Shown here: positions 42,481 to 51,991 of the stretch, piece by piece
Layout of the letters: every line of letters begins with the position of its first letter
Position numbering within the stretch: the first letter of the stretch is position 1
From: Bacillota bacterium
GTDB taxonomy: Bacteria; Bacillota; Clostridia; TANB77; CAG-465
DNA length: 64,000 nucleotides
Assembly (NCBI GenBank): GCA_023460235.1
Contig: JAEWRE010000039.1
Location: 116,820 to 180,819 of the forward strand
Direction of reading: 5' to 3'
Translations under genes and position numbers: made by a program
The notes under the pieces: generated by a model
Told to the model about the DNA's origin: nothing
Seen by the model: the letters and a program-made list of their open reading frames with translations, nothing else
Database searches by the model: none

Positions 42481-42588
42481 TATGTTTTCTAAATTTAAAA
42501 CCTATTTAATGATTTTATTCATATAAACTTTTTATTCAATGTAATTTTAATAATTTACAAGAATAAAATTAAATTAGGGAGTGATCTT

Positions 42589-43773
42589 ATGGCATATATT
42601 AATGATAATTTTTTAAATTTAAGTGAGAATTATTTATTTTCTGAAATAAGCAAAAGAAAATCTGAATTTCTGAAGAAATATCCAGATAAAAATATAATAA
42701 GTCTAGGAATTGGTGATGTTACTCTACCATTACCTAACTCATGTATAAAAGCTATGAAAGATGCTGTAATAGAACTATCATATAAAAATAGTTTTAGGGG
42801 TTATGGACCTGAGCAGGGATATGGATTTTTAAGAGAAAAAATTAGCCAAAGTTATATTGAATTAGGCGTAGACATCTCTGTTGAAGAGATATTCGTTGGT
42901 GATGGTGCAAAAAGTGATATTGCAAACATTACAGATTTATTTTCAAGTAAAAATAAAGTACTGGTAACATCTCCAGTATATCCTGTTTATGTTGATACTA
43001 ATTTAATAAATGGCAGACTTATTGAATATGTCCTTGGAAGTGAAAAAAATAATTTTCTACCTTTGCCAAACAAAAATAGTAAGGCTGATATAATTTATAT
43101 TTGTTCACCCAATAATCCAACAGGTGCAGTATACACGAAGGAAATGTTAAAAATTTGGGTAGACTTTGCAATAGCTAAAGGAGCAATTATTTTATTTGAT
43201 AGTGCATATAGCTCATATATATCAGATGATACTTTACCAAGAAGTATATATGAAATAGATGGCTCCAAACAATGTGCTATTGAATTTTGTAGTTTTTCAA
43301 AAACAGCTGGATTTACAGGTGTAAGATGTGGATATACAGTTATACCTGATGATATAATTGTTGATAAAGTACAATTAAACAAATTATGGCTCAGAAGACA
43401 GACAACAAAATTTAATGGTGTGTCGTATATAACTCAAAGAGGTGCAGAAGCGATTTATTCAGAACAAGGAAAAAAAGAGACTAAAGATATGATTAATTAT
43501 TATATGGAAAATGCTAAATTAATTTCAGATTTTCTAAAAGATAATAACATTTATCATACAGGAGGTATAAACGCGCCATACATATGGATGAAATGTCCAA
43601 ATAAACTTAAGTCATGGGAATTTTTTGATGTATTATTAAATGAAATAAATATTATTGGTACACCTGGTGTGGGATTTGGTGAGAATGGTGATAATTATTT
43701 AAGATTAACTGCATTTGGAACAAATGAAGATACTAAAGAGGCAATTAATAGATTAAATAAATATTATAATTAA
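42589..43773 (+). CDS. dapL: LL-diaminopimelate aminotransferase
   Basis: 394 aa. N-terminus MAYINDNFLNLSENYLFSEI and a PLP-lysine region (SFSKTAGFTGVRCGY) typical of DapL. Confidence 0.8.
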   Translation: MAYINDNFLNLSENYLFSEISKRKSEFLKKYPDKNIISLGIGDVTLPLPNSCIKAMKDAVIELSYKNSFRGYGPEQGYGFLREKISQSYIELGVDISVEEIFVGDGAKSDIANITDLFSSKNKVLVTSPVYPVYVDTNLINGRLIEYVLGSEKNNFLPLPNKNSKADIIYICSPNNPTGAVYTKEMLKIWVDFAIAKGAIILFDSAYSSYISDDTLPRSIYEIDGSKQCAIEFCSFSKTAGFTGVRCGYTVIPDDIIVDKVQLNKLWLRRQTTKFNGVSYITQRGAEAIYSEQGKKETKDMINYYMENAKLISDFLKDNNIYHTGGINAPYIWMKCPNKLKSWEFFDVLLNEINIIGTPGVGFGENGDNYLRLTAFGTNEDTKEAINRLNKYYN

Positions 43774-43896
43774 TTATACTTAAACCATTATTACACTAAA
43801 GATTTTATATCTTTGGTGTTTATTTTATAATATGTACATATGATATGTAACACTAGAATTATACATTCATAATATATTATATATTTATATTCGGAG

Positions 43897-44304
43897 GTGA
43901 ATAGAATGAATAATATAGGAACAACACAAACAAACAGAGTTAATGAAGAAGACAATAATAGACCACCACACATGGGATTTGGAAATATGGGACCAGGCTT
44001 TGAGCATAATATGGGACCGATGGGACCAGGCTTTGGACACAATATGGGACAATGGGGTCCAGGATTTGGTCACAACATGGGACAATGGGGTCCAGGATTT
44101 GGACATGGAAACATATTCAATCCAGGATTCCTTTGGCCTCTTTTATGGGGACTTCCTTTCCTACAAGGAGGATACGGAATGCCCAATAATTATTATTGCC
44201 CAAATCCACAAGACTGTCCAGGGTATGTATATGTAAATCCAAATAATCAAATGGGACGATATTATATTGATCCAGTTATGTTTTATTATACACAACAACA
44301 ATAA
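43897..44304 (+). CDS. Gly/His/Met/Pro-rich tandem-repeat protein (putative spore coat/exosporium component)
   Basis: 135 aa with four imperfect HNMG(P/Q)(M/W)GPGFG repeats. Strong RBS (GGAGGTGAATAGAATG). The three overlapping ORF-track frames here are repeat artefacts. Confidence 0.5.
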   Translation: MNRMNNIGTTQTNRVNEEDNNRPPHMGFGNMGPGFEHNMGPMGPGFGHNMGQWGPGFGHNMGQWGPGFGHGNIFNPGFLWPLLWGLPFLQGGYGMPNNYYCPNPQDCPGYVYVNPNNQMGRYYIDPVMFYYTQQQ

Positions 44305-44442
44305 AAAATACATAGATATATTTATATTAAAAATAGAGCCTAAAATAATTAAATTTTGACTCTATTTTCTATTAAACTTATTTTTAATCTTTTTTGGAAA
44401 TGATTACATATGAAATTAAATAAATATTTCCTTTATTTCTTT

Positions 44443-44598
44443 TTTAAATGATTTGCAATTTTAAATGCTAAAATTATAGATGGATTATACTTTCCCTTTT
44501 CAATAGATATAATTGTCTGCCTAGAAACTCCAACAGCTAGTGCTAAATCTTCTTGTTTTTCATTTAGTTCTTTTCTAAATTCTTCCAATTTATTTTTC
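44443..44598 (-). CDS. Small XRE-family HTH regulator (~52-55 aa, GTG start), absent from the ORF track
   Basis: The minus strand reads [55 protein letters not shown] after AAAGGAGG. Divergent from the 414-aa gene. Confidence 0.45.
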
Positions 44599-44844
44599 AC
44601 AATATGCCTCCTTTCATAAAAATCAAATAAAATCGAAGTAAATTTAACTTTACTTTTATTATATGATATTTTTTTAATGTCAAGTTTATTTTACATTTTT
44701 TTGAAATTTTAATATTTATATCTTTAATTTTCAATACTTTATTACTAAATAAGCTTCATTTTGTTGACATAATTCTAGAAACATAGTATAATAATAAGTA
44801 TAGTTAATATAGTCCAAAATAAATTATAAAAGGAGATTTTTATT

Positions 44845-46089
44845 ATGAAGAGAAGAGAACGTAAAGAAGTAACATTTCTGCAAATTAAAGGTGTATCTGA
44901 AGATGGAAGTTTCATATATGAGGTTTATGCTTCAAATCTATACACAAAAATCAAGCTTATATCCTACATGAATGGTACAGCTGAAATCGCAGTTGAAACT
45001 TCTGTGAGTATATCCGATTTAGCAAAACTAGCATCCGGTATTTTTTCAAAACATAGTAATTTTTTTAATGTTAATTCTTTAGTTTTAAACTATCGGAGTA
45101 TAAAGTTAGTAGTTTGTAAAAATAATGGAAGAAAAGATATTATCTCTATGTTATTAAAAGCTCTTTCAACTTCTAAATCTGATAATTATTCAGCTATATC
45201 CTTTATCGATATGGACGTTTGCTCGGTTAAGTATGATGATAACCCTTCCTATTTTAAAAATACATCAAAAATTACTCTCTTTGCACCGTCTTCTATATGG
45301 ATTAAGAAGTTATACTCATTTGATTTTGAAGATATATTATGTTGGGGTAAAAACATGTTTTTTAGTAGTCAATTTACAAAAGATTGTTTTACTTTATCAT
45401 CTTTAAAGAATGGTATAGTAACAGTTGAATGCTTAGCGGGAGGGTCTATTTCAAATTTCTTAAAAATTCTTAAAAATTTCTTTATTCCATACTCTAATAT
45501 GTATGGAATAAAAGGTATAGAGGTTGATTTTAATGGTTTTTCAATTCATATTGATGATAGAAACATTGACAAAATTTATTCGCTTTTCCATCAAAGCTGC
45601 GATTTTTCTAGTCTGTTATATGAAAAAGATTTAAATGATTATTACAACTCCCCTGAATATACTTCCAAACATGCTAAGGAATTGAAAAAACGCTGCAGAA
45701 AAAATGCTACATTACAAAAGATCAAATCATATAGCGGCAATAAAATTGATTTTTCATTACAAAAAAATCTAGAAAAAGACTGGGAACAATGTAAGAGCAT
45801 AAATTCAAAAGATAAATATAGCAACGGAGTTATTGAATATACTATTCTTTGGGCACAGTATATGGAATATTTGATTAATAATTATAATAAAAAAATATCA
45901 GAAATTTACGATATTTGTTCTCATGCTGCTGATATAGATGGCATAACAGGATATATGTATGGCTGTGCTGTAAATTTACTATCCGTTTTCTGGAAATATG
46001 GCGATGATTTGAGGATAGAACATAATAAAAAATATGACTACTGTGGTGATGGAACTGTAAATCCTGCTATTTTAACAATCTCAGCATAA
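44845..46089 (+). CDS. Hypothetical protein (414 aa), no recognisable domain
   Basis: Good RBS (AAAGGAGA). Cys-containing, no repeats. Confidence 0.45.
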   Translation: MKRRERKEVTFLQIKGVSEDGSFIYEVYASNLYTKIKLISYMNGTAEIAVETSVSISDLAKLASGIFSKHSNFFNVNSLVLNYRSIKLVVCKNNGRKDIISMLLKALSTSKSDNYSAISFIDMDVCSVKYDDNPSYFKNTSKITLFAPSSIWIKKLYSFDFEDILCWGKNMFFSSQFTKDCFTLSSLKNGIVTVECLAGGSISNFLKILKNFFIPYSNMYGIKGIEVDFNGFSIHIDDRNIDKIYSLFHQSCDFSSLLYEKDLNDYYNSPEYTSKHAKELKKRCRKNATLQKIKSYSGNKIDFSLQKNLEKDWEQCKSINSKDKYSNGVIEYTILWAQYMEYLINNYNKKISEIYDICSHAADIDGITGYMYGCAVNLLSVFWKYGDDLRIEHNKKYDYCGDGTVNPAILTISA

Positions 46090-46111
46090 CTACATTTATG
46101 CAGAACTAATA

Positions 46112-46142
46112 ACAAACTCCCCCCTTAATAAGGGGGGAGTTT
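46112..46142. terminator. Terminator (CTCCCCCCTTA-ATAAGGGGGGAG)
   Basis: A striking GC hairpin in an AT-rich context. Confidence 0.65.
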
Positions 46143-46186
46143 CAGAATTTTATAAATTTATATCACTTCTTTTATAGAAGTATATC

Positions 46187-46262
46187 TGGTGTTCCTGGTG
46201 CGAATCGAACGCACGACCAACGACTTAGGAGGTCGCTGCTCTATCCACTGAGCTACAGAAAC
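46187..46262 (-). tRNA. tRNA-Arg (anticodon CCU)
   Basis: On the minus strand: GTTTCTGTAGCTCAGTGGATAGAGCAGCGACCTCCTAAGTCG...CACCAGGAACACCA. Anticodon loop CTCCTAA. Confidence 0.8.
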
Positions 46263-46482
46263 ATAATTTTATTTATTTTTTAACCACATTTTGAATTAAT
46301 ATTATTATATAACAATTATACCTTAAAAGCAAGTTCAAATATATTGAATATATTATTTTTGAATTATGAAATCAGAATTGTACTAAACAGGGTCCTATTT
46401 CTATTACAGTTGACATATATGCTATAATTATATAAAATAAATATCATTTAAAAAAATAATTATTGAGGAGGATTATATCAGT

Positions 46483-47079
46483 ATGTTAAATATTCTTAAA
46501 AATGATCAATCTATATTTGAAAAATCAGATATAATTCGGAATTATTACTTGCTTGAAATATACGCCGATTACAGTTTTGTAATAGGATCAAATGATTTGT
46601 ACTCTTCAAAAGATTATATAAGAGAATATTACTATTTCTTGTATCGAATGCTTGATAAGAAATCAGATTCATGGGAAGATATAAATTTTAATAAAGAAAA
46701 TGGCTATTTATCAGATGAACCATATAAGGAAATAAAAAGGATAAAAAGTTTAATAGAGAAAATCCTTTATATGAAGAATTTACCTATGAATATTTTAGTA
46801 TATAATAATGGTCCATCTGATGGAGGCATTATGTTTGAGTACTACACCAAAGCGAAAATCTATGTTCCAAATACATCTAATTTAAAACTTCATAAAATAA
46901 AAGATAAAGAGCTATTTGATTATTTGGCAAGTTTAAATAACCATATAATAAAAAATATTATGAGTTTTATATACTGTGCCAAATATAACGCCTCACCTGA
47001 TTTACTCCAAAAAATCCTAGTACAACAAGGCTTGGAGAAAATTATTTTTTCTGAAGAAAATATTTTCTATCTATATTAA
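46483..47079 (+). CDS. Hypothetical protein (198 aa)
   Basis: RBS GAGGAGG. No motif recognised. Confidence 0.4.
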   Translation: MLNILKNDQSIFEKSDIIRNYYLLEIYADYSFVIGSNDLYSSKDYIREYYYFLYRMLDKKSDSWEDINFNKENGYLSDEPYKEIKRIKSLIEKILYMKNLPMNILVYNNGPSDGGIMFEYYTKAKIYVPNTSNLKLHKIKDKELFDYLASLNNHIIKNIMSFIYCAKYNASPDLLQKILVQQGLEKIIFSEENIFYLY

Positions 47080-47220
47080 CATCTACACCTTAAATATTAA
47101 TTAAATACTAATATTTAAGGTGTTTTTGTCTAAATTTAATATTGTATTTACTTCTTATGTACTCTATGCTATACTATGCTTGTTACTTATGGTGTTCTAA
47201 TAATCCAATTGGAGGTATTT

Positions 47221-47492
47221 ATATGGAGTTAAGTGATATGAAGTTAAGTTCTCACACTATGAAAAGGATTTTAAAAGAATTTAAAGATCATCCTAAATTA
47301 TCAAATTGTCAGGATGAAGTTCCAAGTAATATTCCGGATTATACAGATAAAATTACAAAAGAACTTTTAGAAAAAATGACTCAGATTTCTAATCCTCTGC
47401 CAGGCATAGAAGGATTTGCAACATATTTAGATGAACATTTACTTATAGTAGTATTTGAGAAAAAAGAATTTTCTAAAATTCGTGTTATATGA
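47221..47492 (+). CDS. Hypothetical small protein
   Basis: Internal Met start (MELSDMKLSS...) after GGAGG. The ORF-track N-terminal extension is unlikely. Terminator follows. Confidence 0.35.
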
Positions 47493-47494
47493 TT

Positions 47495-47527
47495 TTTAAG
47501 CCGCTGCTAACTTTGCAGTGGCTTTTT
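47495..47527 (+). terminator. Terminator (GCCGCTGC...GCAGTGGC plus T5)
   Basis: Hairpin plus T-run. Confidence 0.5.
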
Positions 47528-47633
47528 ATATGTTACACTTAATTCTTTAAAATTTGGGTTATTATATAAATTATTGTAATTTATATATTATTTACTATAT
47601 TTTTATTTATAAACTATTAACTGATATGATATA

Positions 47634-48389
47634 ATGCTATTAATTTATTTATGGAGGTATATAATTGAGGAAAAAGTTGCTTTAGTCACTGGTGGAACAA
47701 GTGGTATTGGAAAGGAAATTGTAAAAGAACTTTTAGAAAAAGGTTGTAAAGTTGCAACTTGTTATAATACAAATAAAGAAAATGCTAGATTATTAAAAGA
47801 AGAATTAGATACTGATAATTTATTAATAATAAAATGTGATATTAGTAATGAAGATGATGTAATCAATATAATGAATCAAATAAAACATACATATGGAAAT
47901 TTGGATTACTTGATAAATAATGCTGGTACTTTCATTGATAGCTTAATAAAAGACTTTAATATAAATGATTTTAAGTATGTTTTAAATACTAATTTAGTTG
48001 GTAAATTTATTTGCACAAAGCAAGCATATAAAATAATGAATGATGGTGGTTCTATTGTAAACATTTCTTCGCGTTTAGGAGTAGTACATTGCATTGAATC
48101 ATCTGCATATTGTGCAGCCTCTGCAGGACTTATTAACTTTACTAAAGCTACTGCTTTAGAATTTTCTGATAGAAAAATAAGAGCAAACAGCATTTGTCCT
48201 TCATTTACACCAACACCTTTAGCGCTTAGAGGTTGGAAAAACGAAGAAATTGAACAAAAATTAAAAGATACTCCTTTAGGAAGATTTGCTACACCAGAAG
48301 ATACAGCAAAACTATGTTTATTTCTACTTTCGGATGATTCCAATTTTATTACAGGTGAAAATATTTGGATTAATGGGGGTAGATTATAG
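47634..48389 (+). CDS. Short-chain dehydrogenase/reductase (FabG-like 3-oxoacyl-ACP reductase family)
   Basis: TGGTSGIG cofactor motif, NNAG, catalytic S...YxxxK (YCAASAG). The start may be a few codons downstream, after GGAGG. Confidence 0.75.
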   Translation: MLLIYLWRYIIEEKVALVTGGTSGIGKEIVKELLEKGCKVATCYNTNKENARLLKEELDTDNLLIIKCDISNEDDVINIMNQIKHTYGNLDYLINNAGTFIDSLIKDFNINDFKYVLNTNLVGKFICTKQAYKIMNDGGSIVNISSRLGVVHCIESSAYCAASAGLINFTKATALEFSDRKIRANSICPSFTPTPLALRGWKNEEIEQKLKDTPLGRFATPEDTAKLCLFLLSDDSNFITGENIWINGGRL

Positions 48390-48636
48390 TGGAAAAATAG
48401 AACTTGGTGAAACTGAAGTTAAGACTTGTATAAGAGAATTTAAAGAAGAAAATGGAATGTATATTGATGATTTGAAATACAAATCAATTAAAGAGAATGT
48501 TAAGAAGAAAATTATCAACTAGATAACTTACTTTTGAATTAAACATATAATAAAAGAAAATGTATTGATTTATTATCTTACATTTTCTTTATTTTTTACT
48601 AAAATAATTGAATTTTATTAATATCTGTTGTATAAT

Positions 48637-48713
48637 GGTTACATATGCACCTGTAGCTCAACTGGATAGAGTGCCGGACTACGAATCCGTAGGTTGGGGG
48701 TTCAAATCCCTTC
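48637..48713 (+). tRNA. tRNA-Arg (anticodon ACG)
   Basis: GCACCTGTAGCTCAACTGGATAGAGTGCCGGACTACGAATCCG...CAGGTGCACCA. Serves as attachment site for the downstream element. Confidence 0.85.
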
Positions 48714-48725
48714 AGGTGCACCAAA

Positions 48726-48775
48726 TTAAATAAAAACAGATCAAGTACTATATAGTACTTGATCTGTTTTTATTT
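48726..48775. terminator. Bidirectional terminator (AAAAACAGATCAAGTACTATATAGTACTTGATCTGTTTTT)
   Basis: Long perfect palindrome. Confidence 0.65.
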
Positions 48776-48952
48776 ATTATTCAATATTTTAACAGCATCC
48801 AAAATACCTATTAGATATAAAAGAGATACAAATCCATTATTTTGATTAATAAACTCAATTTCATTTTGATTAAAGATAGTTTCACTTTCTAAGATTTTTT
48901 TAATAATCAATTCTTCCATATATTCCCCCTTTTGTACTTGACATTTATACAA
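48770..48952 (-). CDS. Small hypothetical protein (60 aa)
   Basis: ORF only. Adjacent to the SinR-like regulator. Confidence 0.3.
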   Translation of the reverse strand: MYKCQVQKGEYMEELIIKKILESETIFNQNEIEFINQNNGFVSLLYLIGILDAVKILNNK

Positions 48953-49169
48953 AAAAGTATATAATGAGTTTATATATACCTTATGTATATGTTTTAAATA
49001 GATAGTTTAGTTGTTTGAGCAAGGCTATCTATTTTCTTTTATAATTATCTTTAATTTATTAAAAAATAAGAATAATTATAAATTTATTGTACAACTCCAT
49101 TTGACTAAAATCAACTATTTTTTAAAATAATCGTTCGACATGATGGCAAATTTGACAACATGTCGAACG

Positions 49170-49493
49170 CTATTTGTATTCTGATAATTTAAAGATTATT
49201 AAGTCTATTATTCTGCTAATTTTCAAAGTTTTCGGATGAGTTAGACCATAACTTTCAATATGGTAATTAAGACTTTTTTTTAGTGAATTTATTTCTTCTA
49301 CAGTATAAAAAAAATCTTTTATATTTACATCTAAAAATTTAGATATAGTATAAAGTGAATATATACTAGTATTTTCAATTTTATTATTTTCTAAATCTGA
49401 TAAATGTGAAATTGATATACCTGTACCTTTATGTATTTGATCTAGCGTATATCCTTTTTCTTCCCTAATAATTTTCATTGTTATTACTATCAT
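49170..49493 (-). CDS. SinR-like XRE HTH regulator
   Basis: 107 aa. HTH KGYTLDQIHKGTGISISHLSDLENNK, similar in size and layout to SinR (HTH plus a short helical tail). Confidence 0.45.
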   Translation of the reverse strand: MIVITMKIIREEKGYTLDQIHKGTGISISHLSDLENNKIENTSIYSLYTISKFLDVNIKDFFYTVEEINSLKKSLNYHIESYGLTHPKTLKISRIIDLIIFKLSEYK

Positions 49494-49595
49494 AATGCTT
49501 CCTCTCTAATAAAATTTAACAATTAATTATTATATATTCAATAATTAATAATTTCAATAAAACTATTAGGATTAAACTTTATTTATATATTGTAT

Positions 49596-50264
49596 TTATA
49601 TTTTAGTTAGTCCACCAGACCAAACATAATTTCCTTTTGCACTTTTGTACCATTTATTATTACCATTAACATTTTCACCTTCTACAATAGCTACTGCTTT
49701 AAATATATCACCTTTTTGAAGTAATCCTGTACCAGCTATCCCAGATTTAGAAGTTGCTTGGCTTCTTACATTAGCCTCTGATTTATCTACTCTTATATTA
49801 AAACTCTTTTCTTGTGTTTGCTCTGAATATGGCAGTATTTCCATTTGATGTTTGAAATATGGATTAGGATCTACTGGTATATTGTTTTCTCTTACTTCAA
49901 AGTGTAAATGTGCTCCAGTTACAAATCCAGTTGCTCCCATGTATCCAATTACTTGTCCATCTTCTACAATATCTCCAATATTAACACACACAGTACCTGG
50001 TTTCATATGAGCATATACTGTACTTATATTGCCACCATGTTGAATATGTACAAAATTCCCATAGCTTCCTGCTTTATATCCTGGTACGTTCTTTTCAGCA
50101 TTTATTACTTTACCTTTTTTACAAGCAATTATTTCGTCTAATTGGTAACCTTGTTTCACAAAGTCTATTCCAGAATGTTTATATGGTATACCATTTAACT
50201 TTTGATTTCCATATTGCAATGTTATTATTTCTTGTTCACTTTTTAATACATTCATGTTAAACAC
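49596..50264 (-). CDS. M23 (lysostaphin-like) peptidase with C-terminal SH3b cell-wall-binding domain: putative lysin
   Basis: 222 aa. M23 motifs HSGIDF...HxH (GAHLHFEV). SH3b-like C-terminus (KWYKSAKGNYVWSGGL). Confidence 0.7.
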   Translation of the reverse strand: MFNMNVLKSEQEIITLQYGNQKLNGIPYKHSGIDFVKQGYQLDEIIACKKGKVINAEKNVPGYKAGSYGNFVHIQHGGNISTVYAHMKPGTVCVNIGDIVEDGQVIGYMGATGFVTGAHLHFEVRENNIPVDPNPYFKHQMEILPYSEQTQEKSFNIRVDKSEANVRSQATSKSGIAGTGLLQKGDIFKAVAIVEGENVNGNNKWYKSAKGNYVWSGGLTKI

Positions 50265-50290
50265 CTCTATTTTTTTATATATTTTGTTGT

Positions 50291-51991
50291 TTAATTTTTT
50301 ATATCTACAATTTGCATTTCTGCATATCTTACTTGACCTGCGCCACCATCTTGTTGAAGTGAATGTATTATTGATTTAAACACTGTCCACGTTCCAGGTA
50401 TAGTATTCCATGCAACTTTATTAGTAGAAATCCTCATCATTCTGGCATTATTAGTTGCACCCCATATTCTCTCAAAATTGAATGAAATATTTTTGTATGA
50501 ACCATATTGATCAAATAATCCAACAACAGTGGCAGCATTATCAATTTGACAATTATCAGTATAGATTAACATCATTTGTGCATATCTACTATATCCTTCA
50601 GGTAATGGAATTCTTGAATCAATATCACTTTTAAAATTATAAAATATATTTCCTAAGTCTTTCCAACTTCCCTTATCTATATTTACAGGTGTATCTCCAG
50701 CTATACCAAATATGGGAAAACTTGCAACAATCTTATTTTTTGTAATACTATATAATTCTCTTCCTTTTCTAGCAGATAATGCATCTGTTGTACTATTACT
50801 ATCAAAGCTATCTACAACTATGGATTCAAGAGGTACGCTATTTTTAGCTTTAATAATTGAATATTCAACGAAATAAGGTTGTAAATTATTATGAGCCTGA
50901 CCGCCACCACCAAGATTAAATTTTAAATTTTGTAATGAATTTTCTGAATTATAAATCGTTGCATCTTTGTATTTTCCAGTAACTGAATTTGAACTACTAA
51001 ACACACCTTGAGGAGCCCAGGTATTAGAACCATTAGTGGATCCATGAAAATCTATCTGACCAGTAACATTAGGTATTTGATTTAAAGTTAAAGTATGTGT
51101 TTTTGCACCACCTATTGTTCCTATCTTATTAAACTCTGTTTGAGAGCTATCATGTGATACTACAACCTTCCCTTTTTTATTTGGAAGATTAAATGTTGTT
51201 GAACCATCCCCTTCTCCATACATAATTCCTATAACATCAAATAAGTCTTTATATTCTGTTCTTGATACTGCTCTACCATCTTCAATAAGCCAATTACTAG
51301 GAGGATTAGCAGAAGGATAATATCCTTCAAATCCTATAGGAAGGGTATCTGAATTTATTGTGCCTTCACTATCAACTTTAATTCCATCTGGACCAAACAC
51401 AATAATATATTTTCCATCATCAATATTTGTATAATGATATTTTGGTATATTTACATTTACGCTTGTTGCTATTGCTAATTTTATATAGAATTTTTTACCT
51501 TTAGTAAAACCTTGTGCACCTAAATCGCCTTGAAGTAAACTTTCTATTGAAAATTCACTTTTTTGTTCTTTATATACTATTTTTGATAAGTCAATTTCGA
51601 ATGGGCCATATTCAGTTCCTTCAGTTTTACCATTTTGATTATATGGAGATTCACTAGACCAATATTTTATATATTTTACATCATACTTCTCTAAATATTT
51701 TAACTTACCAGTTGCTTTAAATTTAACTTTTTCATCAACATCATTTGACCTTGTAGCCTCAACACTAGTAAAGTATGGGGTATAAAAAATTTCAACATTC
51801 AAAGGCTTAATGCTACTAGAAGTATTTCCCCTACTATCTACAATGGTTACTTTAACATAATCTTTTCCATCTTTTAAACTTTTAATCAATTTATCATCAT
51901 TTAAATAAATTGTTTCTGTTAAATAGGAATATCCATTCGGAAATATTATACCTTCCATTATAACAACACCTCCTCTGTTTGCCCGTTCCAT
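50291..51991 (-). CDS. Tail fibre / receptor-binding protein with phage tail-collar domain
   Basis: 566 aa. GGGGQAHNNLQPYFVEYSIIKA collar signature. Gly-rich, beta-rich. Confidence 0.55.
   Translation of the reverse strand: MERANRGGVVIMEGIIFPNGYSYLTETIYLNDDKLIKSLKDGKDYVKVTIVDSRGNTSSSIKPLNVEIFYTPYFTSVEATRSNDVDEKVKFKATGKLKYLEKYDVKYIKYWSSESPYNQNGKTEGTEYGPFEIDLSKIVYKEQKSEFSIESLLQGDLGAQGFTKGKKFYIKLAIATSVNVNIPKYHYTNIDDGKYIIVFGPDGIKVDSEGTINSDTLPIGFEGYYPSANPPSNWLIEDGRAVSRTEYKDLFDVIGIMYGEGDGSTTFNLPNKKGKVVVSHDSSQTEFNKIGTIGGAKTHTLTLNQIPNVTGQIDFHGSTNGSNTWAPQGVFSSSNSVTGKYKDATIYNSENSLQNLKFNLGGGGQAHNNLQPYFVEYSIIKAKNSVPLESIVVDSFDSNSTTDALSARKGRELYSITKNKIVASFPIFGIAGDTPVNIDKGSWKDLGNIFYNFKSDIDSRIPLPEGYSRYAQMMLIYTDNCQIDNAATVVGLFDQYGSYKNISFNFERIWGATNNARMMRISTNKVAWNTIPGTWTVFKSIIHSLQQDGGAGQVRYAEMQIVDIKN

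Noticed and set aside
43791-44236. Three overlapping ORFs (two on the minus strand, one on plus) in the Gly-rich repeat region
   Set aside because: They are products of the 33-nt tandem repeat read in alternative frames. Only the 43897-44304 frame has a strong RBS and a non-repetitive N- and C-terminus.
48286-48522. 78-aa ORF overlapping the 3' end of the SDR gene (possible 49-aa protein from ATG ~48373)
   Set aside because: No RBS, overlaps a well-supported gene, and is Lys/Glu-rich low complexity. Insufficient support.
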